Shown: positions 13,598 through 22,740 of the stretch, one piece after another
How positions within the stretch are numbered: position 1 is the first letter of the stretch
Layout: every line of letters begins with the position of its first letter
Assembly (NCBI RefSeq): GCF_000008625.1
Contig: NC_000918.1
Location: forward strand, 750,001-782,000
Source: Aquifex aeolicus VF5
GTDB taxonomy: Bacteria > Aquificota > Aquificia > Aquificales > Aquificaceae
DNA length: 32,000 bases
Direction of reading: 5' to 3'
Notes under the pieces: generated by a model
What the model was told of the DNA's origin: nothing
The model's database searches: none
Seen by the model: only the letters and a program-made list of their open reading frames with translations
Translations under genes and position numbers: made by a program

Positions 13598-14364
13598 GCA
13601 AAGTCCTTTATATCCTTTTCAAGTTTTTTAAAGAAGTAATAAGAAACAAAGAATACCAAAGGTGATGCAAGGAGAAAACCCAAAAGCGAGTACAGGTGTA
13701 AATCAAGGTAATTTACAAATACTAGGTGATGAATACTCACAACGGGATACATAGGATTGTAGTAAATCAGTTTTTTTACAAAAGGAGGAAGTATATCTAA
13801 AGTGTAAACAATAGGCGTAAACCAGAAAAAAATCTGGAGAAATACACCGATTATTTCCTTTATATCCCGGAAAAATACGTTCAAAGTTCCCAGAACCATG
13901 CCTATGGAAAAGGAGTAAACTATCATGAGATATAGAGCCACGGGAAACAGGTAAAAGTACTTAATACCTTCAAAACCAAGTGTTATGAAACTGATTAGAG
14001 TAACTAGAGAAATGCCTATTAAGTAATTGATAAGTTCGGAAATAATTACCACTACGGGAAATACTTCAAGTCTTATTGGTATTTTAGTAAATAAAAACTT
14101 TTTTTCTGTAAATATTCCCGTTATCCTTGAAAGGGAATTGGAAAAGAAAAACCATGGGAATATACCGGAAGACAGATAAATACTGTAGGCATAAACGGTA
14201 TTTTCGTGTCCTAGTTTTGCCCCTATTAGGTGGGAAAAAATCAGAGTGTAAATGAGAACCAACAATATGGGCCACAAAAAAGCCCACCAGATGCCTAAAA
14301 CAGTATCCGCATACCTATTCTTTATTTCCTGCCTTACGAGCTCTAATATAAGAGATAAATTCAC
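13594..14364 (-). CDS. wzm: O-antigen/polysaccharide ABC transporter permease
   Basis: ABC-2 type permease, six hydrophobic segments, RYADTVLGIWWAFLWPI; 4-nt overlap with wzt. Confidence 0.94.
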   Translation of the reverse strand: MNLSLILELVRQEIKNRYADTVLGIWWAFLWPILLVLIYTLIFSHLIGAKLGHENTVYAYSIYLSSGIFPWFFFSNSLSRITGIFTEKKFLFTKIPIRLEVFPVVVIISELINYLIGISLVTLISFITLGFEGIKYFYLFPVALYLMIVYSFSIGMVLGTLNVFFRDIKEIIGVFLQIFFWFTPIVYTLDILPPFVKKLIYYNPMYPVVSIHHLVFVNYLDLHLYSLLGFLLASPLVFFVSYYFFKKLEKDIKDFA

Positions 14365-14555
14365 TCTTCTAATTTACTCAGCACTTCCTTTAGTTTTTCA
14401 GCATAGAAAATTCTTGCAGCCGTTAAGACTTTTTTCTGGTTTTCAAGTCTTTGAAGCTCAGTATCTACAAACACTATAGAGTTGATTAAATCCACAGCTT
14501 CTTTCGGAAGCTTTTCGGTGTCGTACTCCTTTCCGTCTATATTTACCTTAGCCAT
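14361..14555 (-). CDS. Small conserved protein, DUF6447-like
   Basis: 64 aa MAKVNIDGKEYDTEKLPKEAVDLINSIVFVDTELQRLENQKKVLTAARIFYAEKLKEVL; overlaps wzm start by 4 nt, indicating an operon. Family assignment is from memory. Confidence 0.6.
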   Translation of the reverse strand: MAKVNIDGKEYDTEKLPKEAVDLINSIVFVDTELQRLENQKKVLTAARIFYAEKLKEVLSKLEE

Positions 14556-14570
14556 GTTGATTTATTATAA

Positions 14571-16337
14571 CTAAATTTCGGTTAAGTACTTTATTAAAAG
14601 CTTACAGTGATTTTCCCATGTATATTTATATTGTTTCAAGTTTGCAGGCTTAGGGTGAAGACCTTTTCTGTAAAGTTCAAGCCACGTTTTTATCGCGTTT
14701 GCTATTACCTCCGGATTTTTGGTATTCTCAAAGAAGAAAGCGTTATCTCCTGCAATTTCTCTGAACACCTTTATATCTCTCGCTATTACAGGAGTATTAT
14801 TCCTGAAAGCTTCCACTATCGGAAGTCCAAAACCCTCATCTTCAGAAGCTGCTATAAGAGCTAAGGCTCGTTTATAGAGCTCTTTCAACAGTTCATCGGA
14901 CACGTAACCAAACCAGAATAAATGTTTTCCTAAAAATCTATGTTTTTTAATATGTTTTACTAACTTTCTTACCTTCCATCCTTCTTTTCCGACGATAACT
15001 AAATTTACGTTTATTCCCTTTTTCCATAGAATTTCAAAGGCTTTTAACACCTGGAAGTGTCCCTTTCTGGGCTCTAATGTACTGACCATTAAAAAGAAGG
15101 GCTCTTTAGATACTTTTTGAATAATTTCTTTTTCCTTTTCTGAAACTTTTGTTACATTTGGTGCTTTTTCCGTTTCAGCCCCCAGAGGAAGAACTTTAAT
15201 TTTTTCTTCAGGAAACGGCAGATTTTTTTTCTTAGAGAATTCTAGAATATCTTCTTTAACAGTATTTGATATAGTGAAAATCAAATCTGAAGTTTCTAAA
15301 ACTATCTTAAGCCAAATTTCGTGGATTTTATTAAATCTTTTAGGGAAGTATTCTGGAAACTTTATAGGAATCAAATCGTAAACTAGAAATACTGTTTTTG
15401 TCTTCTTAAATTTCAAGTAATCAAAAAAACCGGATTTATAAGCTTCTAAAGTTAAAAGTGGATAGTAATCGGGAAGGTAATATATATCTCCCTCCCTTAT
15501 TAGTAATGGTACATCGCTCAGAGTATTTGTTTGAATTTTTAGATAATTTTTGATAAATTCCCTTGCATACTTTACTGTTACTTTTCCATTTTCTACAGTT
15601 ATGTATGAGGGTTCTGCTCTGAACTTTGGGGTAAAATTTTCAAGAAAACAATTCAATTGTGCTTTTACTACTCTATGTATTCCCGTACCACCTTCCTTTA
15701 CTCTTAAAAGCGAAATGTCAAAAAAGAGTTTTCTTTCGTATAAATTTGGATAAAAATTGCTGGCTACTAACTTTGATAATCTTTTAGCTTGAATATCTGT
15801 AGAAATGAAGGATGAAAAAATTTTAATAACTTGCTCTAAAGCATCTTTTCTATATATTTCTTCTATTGCTTCTACAATTGAATGTGTAAAAAAGTTATCC
15901 GAAAATTTAACCCTATTCCTATTAATAAGCCAATACTTCTTTAGCTTTGTGAAATCTTTTGATAATATAGCACCCTTTGATTTGTTAATTAATAGCTTCA
16001 GTAGAGCCAACAGGTATAAATCTTTTCTTTCATCTTTTAACAATTTAAGTCCATTCCAACCAAAAGCGTAATAAATGAGTTTTTCGTCTAACAGATCAAG
16101 ATTTGCATTTTCCAAATTTTTAGGCAGGATTATCACAGGATGGATGTTGTCTAAGTAGTCCAGCAAAACATTGTTAAAATTCTCAATCCAAACTACTATC
16201 CTGTCATAGGAATTTAATCTAAACTTCTTGTACTTGGTTATATCTTCGCATATTAATTCGTAATTATTTCGTAGAGTATTACAGAAATAATCTAACTGTT
16301 TAGATAATTTAGTGTAAAATAGTAACAGCTTTTTCAT
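14571..16337 (-). CDS. Glycosyltransferase family 4-like protein with N-terminal extension
   Basis: FFLMVSTLEPRKGHFQVLKAFEIL, LFWFGYVSDELLKELYKRALALIAASEDEGFGLPIVEAFRNNTPVIARDI. Confidence 0.92.
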   Translation of the reverse strand: MKKLLLFYTKLSKQLDYFCNTLRNNYELICEDITKYKKFRLNSYDRIVVWIENFNNVLLDYLDNIHPVIILPKNLENANLDLLDEKLIYYAFGWNGLKLLKDERKDLYLLALLKLLINKSKGAILSKDFTKLKKYWLINRNRVKFSDNFFTHSIVEAIEEIYRKDALEQVIKIFSSFISTDIQAKRLSKLVASNFYPNLYERKLFFDISLLRVKEGGTGIHRVVKAQLNCFLENFTPKFRAEPSYITVENGKVTVKYAREFIKNYLKIQTNTLSDVPLLIREGDIYYLPDYYPLLTLEAYKSGFFDYLKFKKTKTVFLVYDLIPIKFPEYFPKRFNKIHEIWLKIVLETSDLIFTISNTVKEDILEFSKKKNLPFPEEKIKVLPLGAETEKAPNVTKVSEKEKEIIQKVSKEPFFLMVSTLEPRKGHFQVLKAFEILWKKGINVNLVIVGKEGWKVRKLVKHIKKHRFLGKHLFWFGYVSDELLKELYKRALALIAASEDEGFGLPIVEAFRNNTPVIARDIKVFREIAGDNAFFFENTKNPEVIANAIKTWLELYRKGLHPKPANLKQYKYTWENHCKLLIKYLTEI

Positions 16338-16567
16338 TTTATGTTCTTAAGCTTTGAGTAGATTATTTCTTCTTCTAAATCAAGATTACCTTCAAGATTC
16401 TTAATGGAAAAGCTTTTTTCTTTTCCTTTCCAAGTTTTTACTAAATATATAAACACGTATTCTTTTAATTTATCCCTTAATAAGGGAATTTTATTTGCTG
16501 TTGTTATAATTACCCTAAATATGCTTGAAAATTTAGCATTATAAACCAAAAAGAACAGCTTGCCCAT
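16334..16567 (-). CDS. Small hypothetical protein (77 aa)
   Basis: 4-nt overlap with the downstream glycosyltransferase start; no recognisable family. Confidence 0.5.
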   Translation of the reverse strand: MGKLFFLVYNAKFSSIFRVIITTANKIPLLRDKLKEYVFIYLVKTWKGKEKSFSIKNLEGNLDLEEEIIYSKLKNIK

Positions 16568-16600
16568 AATTGAAAAATTATAGCTTAAAATAACCTAATT

Positions 16601-18295
16601 ATGGCAACAAAAGAGAATACAGAAAACGTGCTGAGAAGTTATCTGGCAAAGTATAAGAAAACGCTTATAATTGTAGGGCTCTTCAGTTTATTTATCAATA
16701 TCTTGTTTTTACTCCCGAGTATATACATGCTCGCGGTATACGATATTGTAGTTCCAAGTACTAGTGTGCCTACTTTGTTGGTTATTACAGCCCTTGCAGT
16801 AGTTTTGTATTTTGCCCTAGGTTTACTTCAAAGTGTAAGGGCAAAAGTTATGCAAATAATAAGTTTAAAGTTAGATTCTGAACTGAATAAAGAAGTATTT
16901 ACCTCAAGTTTTGAATACGCAATACGAAATCCCTCAAAAGCGTCTGCACAGCCTATTAACGATTTATATCAACTGAAACAATTTCTTACCTCACCTGTAT
17001 TATTTGCAATATTTGATCTGCCCTGGGTTCCTATATACTTCGGTGTACTCTTTGTATTTCACGTTTACTACGGAGTGATGGCTATACTTTCCATGGCTGT
17101 TATCGTGGCTTTAGCTATTTTGAACGAGTACATAACAAAGAAAAAACTAAAAGAATCAAACGAACTACTCGTAAGGAGCACGAACTTTTTAAACAGAGCA
17201 CTGCTTAACGCAGAAGTTGTTGAAGCTTTAGGTATGAGAAACAATTTGTACAAAAAGTGGATGAATTTTTACTCAAAACATCTTAGTGCCTTTGAAGAAG
17301 CTACAGACAGGAACAACTTCTTAAGTAATTTAACGAGAATTTTTCGTATTATGGCTCAATCTTTAATGCTGGGACTTGGTGGATATTTAGCTATAAAGCA
17401 TGAAATTACAACAGGTATGATAGTTGCAGGGTCGATATTACTTGGTAGGATTCTTGGTCCTATAGACACAATAGTAAATGGCTGGAGGCAAATAGGTAAT
17501 ACTAAAGTTGCATACACTAGGTTAAATGAATTTCTTAAGTTTCTTCGTTTTAAAAGGGAGGTATCCGTTAAGCTTCCAGAACCGAAAGGAGAAATTGAAT
17601 TATCAAATGTAGTTGTAGTGCCTCCAGAAGGAAAAACTCCAGTACTGAGAAATATAAATATGCGCATACTTCCTGGAGAATTCGTGGCAATTATAGGACC
17701 AAGTGGTTCTGGAAAATCTTCGCTCGTGAGAACTATTCTTGGAATTTGGTTACCTGTTCACGGTACCGTGGAAATTGACGGAGCGGATTTGAAACAATGG
17801 GATAGAGATTATTTTGGCAAATTCGTAGGTTATTTACCGCAAGATATAGAACTCTTTGAAGGTACGGTTGCAGAAAATATTGCCCGTTTTGGAGAATTGG
17901 ATTCTGAAAAAATAATAGAAGCTGCAAAGCTTTCGGGTGCACACGATGTGATAATAAAACTTCCTGATGGATACGATACTTACATAGGTCCCGGAGGTAT
18001 TACACTTTCAGGAGGGCAAAGACAGAGGATAGCATTAGCAAGAGCTCTATATGGAAATCCCAGAATAGTTATTCTGGATGAACCAGATTCTAATTTGGAT
18101 GAACAAGGAGAACAGGCACTTTACAATGCGTTAATAGAACTAAAGAAAAGGAAAGTAACAACAATCATAGTGTCTCACAGAATACGCCTTTTAAACCTCG
18201 TGGATAAGATAGCTATTATGCAAGATGGTACGCTAAAAGCTTTTGGAAAGGCAGATATAATTATTCAGAAATTATTAAGAAAAAATGTAAATTAA
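16601..18295 (+). CDS. prtD: Type I secretion system ABC transporter/permease, PrtD family
   Basis: N-terminal TM domain (LFSLFINILFLLPSIYMLAVYDIVVPSTSVPTLLVIT) plus Walker A GPSGSGKSSLVRTI, signature LSGGQRQRIALARALYGNP, Walker B IVILDEPDSNLD. Confidence 0.94.
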   Translation: MATKENTENVLRSYLAKYKKTLIIVGLFSLFINILFLLPSIYMLAVYDIVVPSTSVPTLLVITALAVVLYFALGLLQSVRAKVMQIISLKLDSELNKEVFTSSFEYAIRNPSKASAQPINDLYQLKQFLTSPVLFAIFDLPWVPIYFGVLFVFHVYYGVMAILSMAVIVALAILNEYITKKKLKESNELLVRSTNFLNRALLNAEVVEALGMRNNLYKKWMNFYSKHLSAFEEATDRNNFLSNLTRIFRIMAQSLMLGLGGYLAIKHEITTGMIVAGSILLGRILGPIDTIVNGWRQIGNTKVAYTRLNEFLKFLRFKREVSVKLPEPKGEIELSNVVVVPPEGKTPVLRNINMRILPGEFVAIIGPSGSGKSSLVRTILGIWLPVHGTVEIDGADLKQWDRDYFGKFVGYLPQDIELFEGTVAENIARFGELDSEKIIEAAKLSGAHDVIIKLPDGYDTYIGPGGITLSGGQRQRIALARALYGNPRIVILDEPDSNLDEQGEQALYNALIELKKRKVTTIIVSHRIRLLNLVDKIAIMQDGTLKAFGKADIIIQKLLRKNVN

Positions 18296-19221
18296 TACCT
18301 CAAAAGCACGGCTCCCCACGTAAGACCGCCCCCCATGGCGGTCATGAGGATTAGATCTCCCCTCTTTACTTTTCCTTCTTTTATAGCTTCATGAAGGGCT
18401 ATAGGAATGGATGCAGCGGAAGTGTTCCCGTACTTTTGTATGTTTACGAAGACCTTTTCCTTCGGTATGTTTAATTTTTCGGCAAGGGCGTTTATTATCC
18501 TCACGTTTGCCTGATGGGGAATGACTAGGGAAACTTCCTCAGGTTTTACGCCAGCCTTTTCTAAAACTTCCCTGCAGACCTCTTCCATGCTCCTTACGGC
18601 GACCTTGAAAAGCTCCCTTCCCTTCATCCTTATGTATCCGCAGTTATCCGCGTGGAGGAGTTCCTCCAGAGAGCCTTCGGCGTACATCCTCGTTGCGAGA
18701 ATGTCGCTCTTGTCCTCTGACCTTGTTACCACTACCGCCCCCGCTCCGTCTCCGAAGAGAACGCAGGTGGAGCGGTCCTCCCAGTCAACCGCCTCGGAGA
18801 GCTTTTCCGCACCTATTACGAGAACGTTTTTAGCCTTTCCCGACTTTATAAAGCTGTCTGCTATGTCCAGAGCGTATATAAATCCGCTACAGGCTGCCGA
18901 TATGTCAAAGGCGTAAACTCCCTTCGCCTTTAACTGTGCCTGAACCAAACAGGCGGTTGACGGAAACCTCTTTTGTGGTGTTAGGGTTGCGAGGATGATA
19001 AGGTCGAGCTCCTCTGGAGACAAGTTAGCTTCTCGGAGTGCCTCTTTTGCGGCTTGCGTTGCCATGTAGGTAATTGTTTCCTCTTTCGCTATCCTTCTTT
19101 CCTTTATACCTGTTCTCGTTGTTATCCACTCGTCTGATGTGTCCACTATTTTCTCAAGGTCAAAGTTTGTAAGGACGTTTTTGGGCAGGTAAACGCCGGT
19201 TCCGATTATTTTAGTCCCCAT
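18292..19221 (-). CDS. fabH: 3-oxoacyl-ACP synthase III
   Basis: YLPKNVLTNFDLEKIVDTSDEWITTRTGIKERR, AFDISAACSGFIYAL (catalytic Cys), IPHQANVRI, YGNTSAASIP. Confidence 0.98.
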   Translation of the reverse strand: MGTKIIGTGVYLPKNVLTNFDLEKIVDTSDEWITTRTGIKERRIAKEETITYMATQAAKEALREANLSPEELDLIILATLTPQKRFPSTACLVQAQLKAKGVYAFDISAACSGFIYALDIADSFIKSGKAKNVLVIGAEKLSEAVDWEDRSTCVLFGDGAGAVVVTRSEDKSDILATRMYAEGSLEELLHADNCGYIRMKGRELFKVAVRSMEEVCREVLEKAGVKPEEVSLVIPHQANVRIINALAEKLNIPKEKVFVNIQKYGNTSAASIPIALHEAIKEGKVKRGDLILMTAMGGGLTWGAVLLRY

Positions 19222-20235
19222 TTACACCTTCACTCCTTCGGGGATAAGGGTTTTTAGATTATACACGAGCTTCTTGTTGAAATCCGTATTTAAAAATTCT
19301 CCCGCAACCCTTACGGCGTTTTTAATAGCCTTCGCGTTAGCCCTACCGTGGGTTATTATCACGGGCTTTTTAGCTCCCAGAAGTGGTATTCCCCCGTACT
19401 CCGCAAAGTCCGCCTTCTTTTTAAACCTGTTCAGGGCAGGCATCAAGAGCAAAGCTCCCAGTTTTGCGAGAATGCTTCTCTTGATCTCTTCCTTTATCAT
19501 CTGCACTACTGCAAGTCCCAAACTTTCACTCGCCTTTAGTATTACGTTTCCCACAAACCCGTCGCAAACTATTACGTCAAAGGTGCCCGCGTATATGTCT
19601 CTTCCTTCCGCGTTTCCCTTGAAGTTGAGCTTTGTAGCCTTAAGGAGGGGATAGGTTTCCTTTACGAGTTCGTTTCCCTTTCCCTCTTCTTCTCCGATAC
19701 TAAGTATCCCGACCCTTGGGTTTTTTATCCCGAGAATCTCTTCCGCGTAAGTGTGTCCTATTACAGCGAACTGAACGAGGTGTTTTGGTTTACAGTCTAC
19801 GTTCGCTCCAACGTCTATTAAAACAGTCTTTCCTTTAGGATTGGGAAGTGCAACGCCTATTGAAGGTCTCTCTACCTCTTCTTCCGCTCCCACGATGAAT
19901 TTTCCGACTGCGAGAACCGCCCCCGTGTTTCCTGCAGAGACGAGACCGTCCGCTTCACCTTTCCTCACGAGCATTCCCGCCACGTAAAGGGAGGAGTTTT
20001 TCTTCTTCAAAACGTTTGAAGGGGGTTCGTGCATTTCCACTTTATCAGGGGCATGAACTACCTCAAGGAGAGAGTTGTTGTGTTCTTTTGCCTTTTCAAG
20101 TATCGGGATTATTTGTTCCTTGTCACCAACGAGGTATATCTTGTAGCCGAGCTCTTTAGCCGCTAATATACAACCCCTTACTATTTCCAAGGGGGCGTAA
20201 TCGCCCCCCATGCAGTCAACCGCTATCCTTAACAT
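19222..20235 (-). CDS. plsX: Phosphate acyltransferase
   Basis: IAVDCMGGDYAPLEIVRGC, GLVSAGNTGAVLA, DVGANVDCKPKHLVQFA. Confidence 0.98.
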   Translation of the reverse strand: MLRIAVDCMGGDYAPLEIVRGCILAAKELGYKIYLVGDKEQIIPILEKAKEHNNSLLEVVHAPDKVEMHEPPSNVLKKKNSSLYVAGMLVRKGEADGLVSAGNTGAVLAVGKFIVGAEEEVERPSIGVALPNPKGKTVLIDVGANVDCKPKHLVQFAVIGHTYAEEILGIKNPRVGILSIGEEEGKGNELVKETYPLLKATKLNFKGNAEGRDIYAGTFDVIVCDGFVGNVILKASESLGLAVVQMIKEEIKRSILAKLGALLLMPALNRFKKKADFAEYGGIPLLGAKKPVIITHGRANAKAIKNAVRVAGEFLNTDFNKKLVYNLKTLIPEGVKV

Positions 20236-20429
20236 TATTCTGTTTCAATTACCTCTTTGCCCTTGTAATGTCCGCAGTAAGGGCAGACCCTGTGGGGAAT
20301 AATTCTCTCACCGCAGTTAGAGCATACAGACAGTGAAGGCAGGCTTCTCCTGAATTTATTGAAGAAGTTCTGTGCTCTCCTCTGGTTTCTTCTCCACTTG
20401 GAAGTTTTCGCCTTCGGGACAGCCATCAC
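20235..20429 (-). CDS. rpmF: Ribosomal protein L32
   Basis: VPKAKTSKWRRNQRRA...CSNCGERIIPHRVCPYCGHYKGKEV. Confidence 0.96.
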   Translation of the reverse strand: MMAVPKAKTSKWRRNQRRAQNFFNKFRRSLPSLSVCSNCGERIIPHRVCPYCGHYKGKEVIETE

Positions 20430-20950
20430 TTACCTCCTTTCTGCGTTAACAAATTTTTTAGTATAGCAAAAGAACTCTCCTTTTTTGTTTCCTTTTCTGG
20501 TTCTTCCAGTTCAACCGCGTAACCGGGAATTCCCCTGCACTGGGGACTGCAAAGGGGCTTCATGGGTATGCTAAGAATAATCTCTTCCCTTACGAGGTCC
20601 GCTATGTTCACCTTATCAGGTTCTTCCATAAAGGTAACCTCAAGGTCCTTGGGCTTTAGGTGGAAGGTTCCCTCCTCGTGGGGTATGTTCTGAAGGAGCT
20701 TAGTCTTTTCCTGAGAAATGTCCTTCTCGTAAACTTCAAGGCACCTGCTGCACTCGAGTTCCACGTAACCTTCCATGGAGAGTCTGAGCTTGTATCCGTT
20801 CTTGTCCTTCGTTATCTCCACGTTTACCTTCACGGGTTTTTTTAACTCTCCTATGTCCGTGGGGAGCTTTACGTCCTTGGGCTGAAGGGTGTAAGAACCC
20901 TTAAACCTGTCCGATATCTTGAAGATTTCCTTAAGGTCAAGAGTAAACAT
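20426..20950 (-). CDS. yceD: YceD/DUF177 family protein
   Basis: VELECSRCLEVYEKDI...CSPQCRGIPGYAV and conserved position directly upstream of rpmF-plsX-fabH. Confidence 0.88.
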   Translation of the reverse strand: MFTLDLKEIFKISDRFKGSYTLQPKDVKLPTDIGELKKPVKVNVEITKDKNGYKLRLSMEGYVELECSRCLEVYEKDISQEKTKLLQNIPHEEGTFHLKPKDLEVTFMEEPDKVNIADLVREEIILSIPMKPLCSPQCRGIPGYAVELEEPEKETKKESSFAILKNLLTQKGGK

Positions 20951-20995
20951 GGCTTTTACCTCTTTGTAGAGTTAAGTATTAAATTTAATTTAACT

Positions 20996-22048
20996 GTGGA
21001 AACCACAATATTCCAGTTCCAGAAAACTTTTTTCACAAAACCTCCGAAGGAGAGGGTCTTCGTCCTTCATGGAGAAGAGCAGTATCTCATAAGAACCTTT
21101 TTGTCTAAGCTGAAGGAAAAGTACGGGGAGAATTACACGGTTCTGTGGGGGGATGAGATAAGCGAGGAGGAATTCTACACTGCCCTTTCCGAGACCAGTA
21201 TATTCGGCGGTTCAAAGGAAAAAGCGGTGGTCATTTACAACTTCGGGGATTTCCTGAAGAAGCTCGGAAGGAAGAAAAAGGAAAAAGAAAGGCTTATAAA
21301 AGTCCTCAGAAACGTAAAGAGTAACTACGTATTTATAGTGTACGATGCGAAACTCCAGAAACAGGAACTTTCTTCGGAACCTCTGAAATCCGTAGCGTCT
21401 TTCGGCGGTATAGTGGTAGCAAACAGGCTGAGCAAGGAGAGGATAAAACAGCTCGTCCTTAAGAAGTTCAAAGAAAAAGGGATAAACGTAGAAAACGATG
21501 CCCTTGAATACCTTCTCCAGCTCACGGGTTACAACTTGATGGAGCTCAAACTTGAGGTTGAAAAACTGATAGATTACGCAAGTGAAAAGAAAATTTTAAC
21601 ACTCGATGAGGTAAAGAGAGTAGCCTTCTCAGTCTCAGAAAACGTAAACGTATTTGAGTTCGTTGATTTACTCCTCTTAAAAGATTACGAAAAGGCTCTT
21701 AAAGTTTTGGACTCCCTCATTTCCTTCGGAATACACCCCCTCCAGATTATGAAAATCCTGTCCTCCTATGCTCTAAAACTTTACACCCTCAAGAGGCTTG
21801 AAGAGAAGGGAGAGGACCTGAATAAGGCGATGGAAAGCGTGGGAATAAAGAACAACTTTCTCAAGATGAAGTTCAAATCTTACTTAAAGGCAAACTCTAA
21901 AGAGGACTTGAAGAACCTAATCCTCTCCCTCCAGAGGATAGACGCTTTTTCTAAACTTTACTTTCAGGACACAGTGCAGTTGCTGAGGGATTTCTTGACC
22001 TCAAGACTGGAGAGGGAAGTTGTGAAAAATACTTCTCATGGTGGATAA
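20996..22048 (+). CDS. holA: DNA polymerase III delta subunit
   Basis: VFVLHGEEQYLIRTFLSKLKEKYG, LLQLTGYNLMELKLEVEKLIDYA; GTG start. Confidence 0.88.
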   Translation: METTIFQFQKTFFTKPPKERVFVLHGEEQYLIRTFLSKLKEKYGENYTVLWGDEISEEEFYTALSETSIFGGSKEKAVVIYNFGDFLKKLGRKKKEKERLIKVLRNVKSNYVFIVYDAKLQKQELSSEPLKSVASFGGIVVANRLSKERIKQLVLKKFKEKGINVENDALEYLLQLTGYNLMELKLEVEKLIDYASEKKILTLDEVKRVAFSVSENVNVFEFVDLLLLKDYEKALKVLDSLISFGIHPLQIMKILSSYALKLYTLKRLEEKGEDLNKAMESVGIKNNFLKMKFKSYLKANSKEDLKNLILSLQRIDAFSKLYFQDTVQLLRDFLTSRLEREVVKNTSHGG

Positions 22049-22056
22049 TCTTTTTT

Positions 22057-22740
22057 ATGAAGTTTGCGGTTTGCGTTTTTCCCGGTTCTAACTGCGATTA
22101 CGACACCTACTACGTTATAAGGGACATTCTTGAAAAGGACGTGGAATTCGTTTACTGGGAAGAAAAGAACCTTTCCAAGTACGACGTCGTTGTTCTGCCA
22201 GGAGGATTTTCCTTCGGGGATTACCTCAGACCCGGAGCTCTGGCGGCAAGAACTCCCCTCGCTCAGGCCATTTACGATTTTGCCCAGAAGGGGAAGTACG
22301 TGATAGGCATATGCAACGGCTTTCAAATCCTCACAGAACTCGGGCTGCTTCCGGGAGCTCTCCTTCCCAACTTGAACATGAGGTTCGTGTGCAAGTGGGT
22401 AAACCTTAGGGTTGAAAATGAGCGCTCCGCCTTTACGAGGAAACTGGAAAAGGGAGACGTTTTAAGAATTCCCATAGCCCACCACGACGGGAGGTATTAC
22501 GTTCCCGAAGAAGAGCTCAGGAAAATGGAAGAAAATGGACAGATACTCTTCAGGTACTGCGACGAGCAGGGAGAAGTGAAGGAGGAAGTAAACCCTAACG
22601 GTTCGGTTTCAAATATAGCGGGAGTTATGAACAAGGAGGGGAACGTCTTTGGCATGATGCCCCACCCTGAAAGGGCGTCAGAAGACATTCTGGGCTCTCA
22701 CGACGGGCTGATGCTGTGGTATTCTTTATTAAGTGATTAG
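22057..22740 (+). CDS. purQ: Phosphoribosylformylglycinamidine synthase, glutaminase subunit
   Basis: FAVCVFPGSNCDYDTYYVI, VLPGGFSFGDYLRPGALAA, GICNGFQILTELGLLPGAL, MPHPERAS. Confidence 0.98.
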   Translation: MKFAVCVFPGSNCDYDTYYVIRDILEKDVEFVYWEEKNLSKYDVVVLPGGFSFGDYLRPGALAARTPLAQAIYDFAQKGKYVIGICNGFQILTELGLLPGALLPNLNMRFVCKWVNLRVENERSAFTRKLEKGDVLRIPIAHHDGRYYVPEEELRKMEENGQILFRYCDEQGEVKEEVNPNGSVSNIAGVMNKEGNVFGMMPHPERASEDILGSHDGLMLWYSLLSD

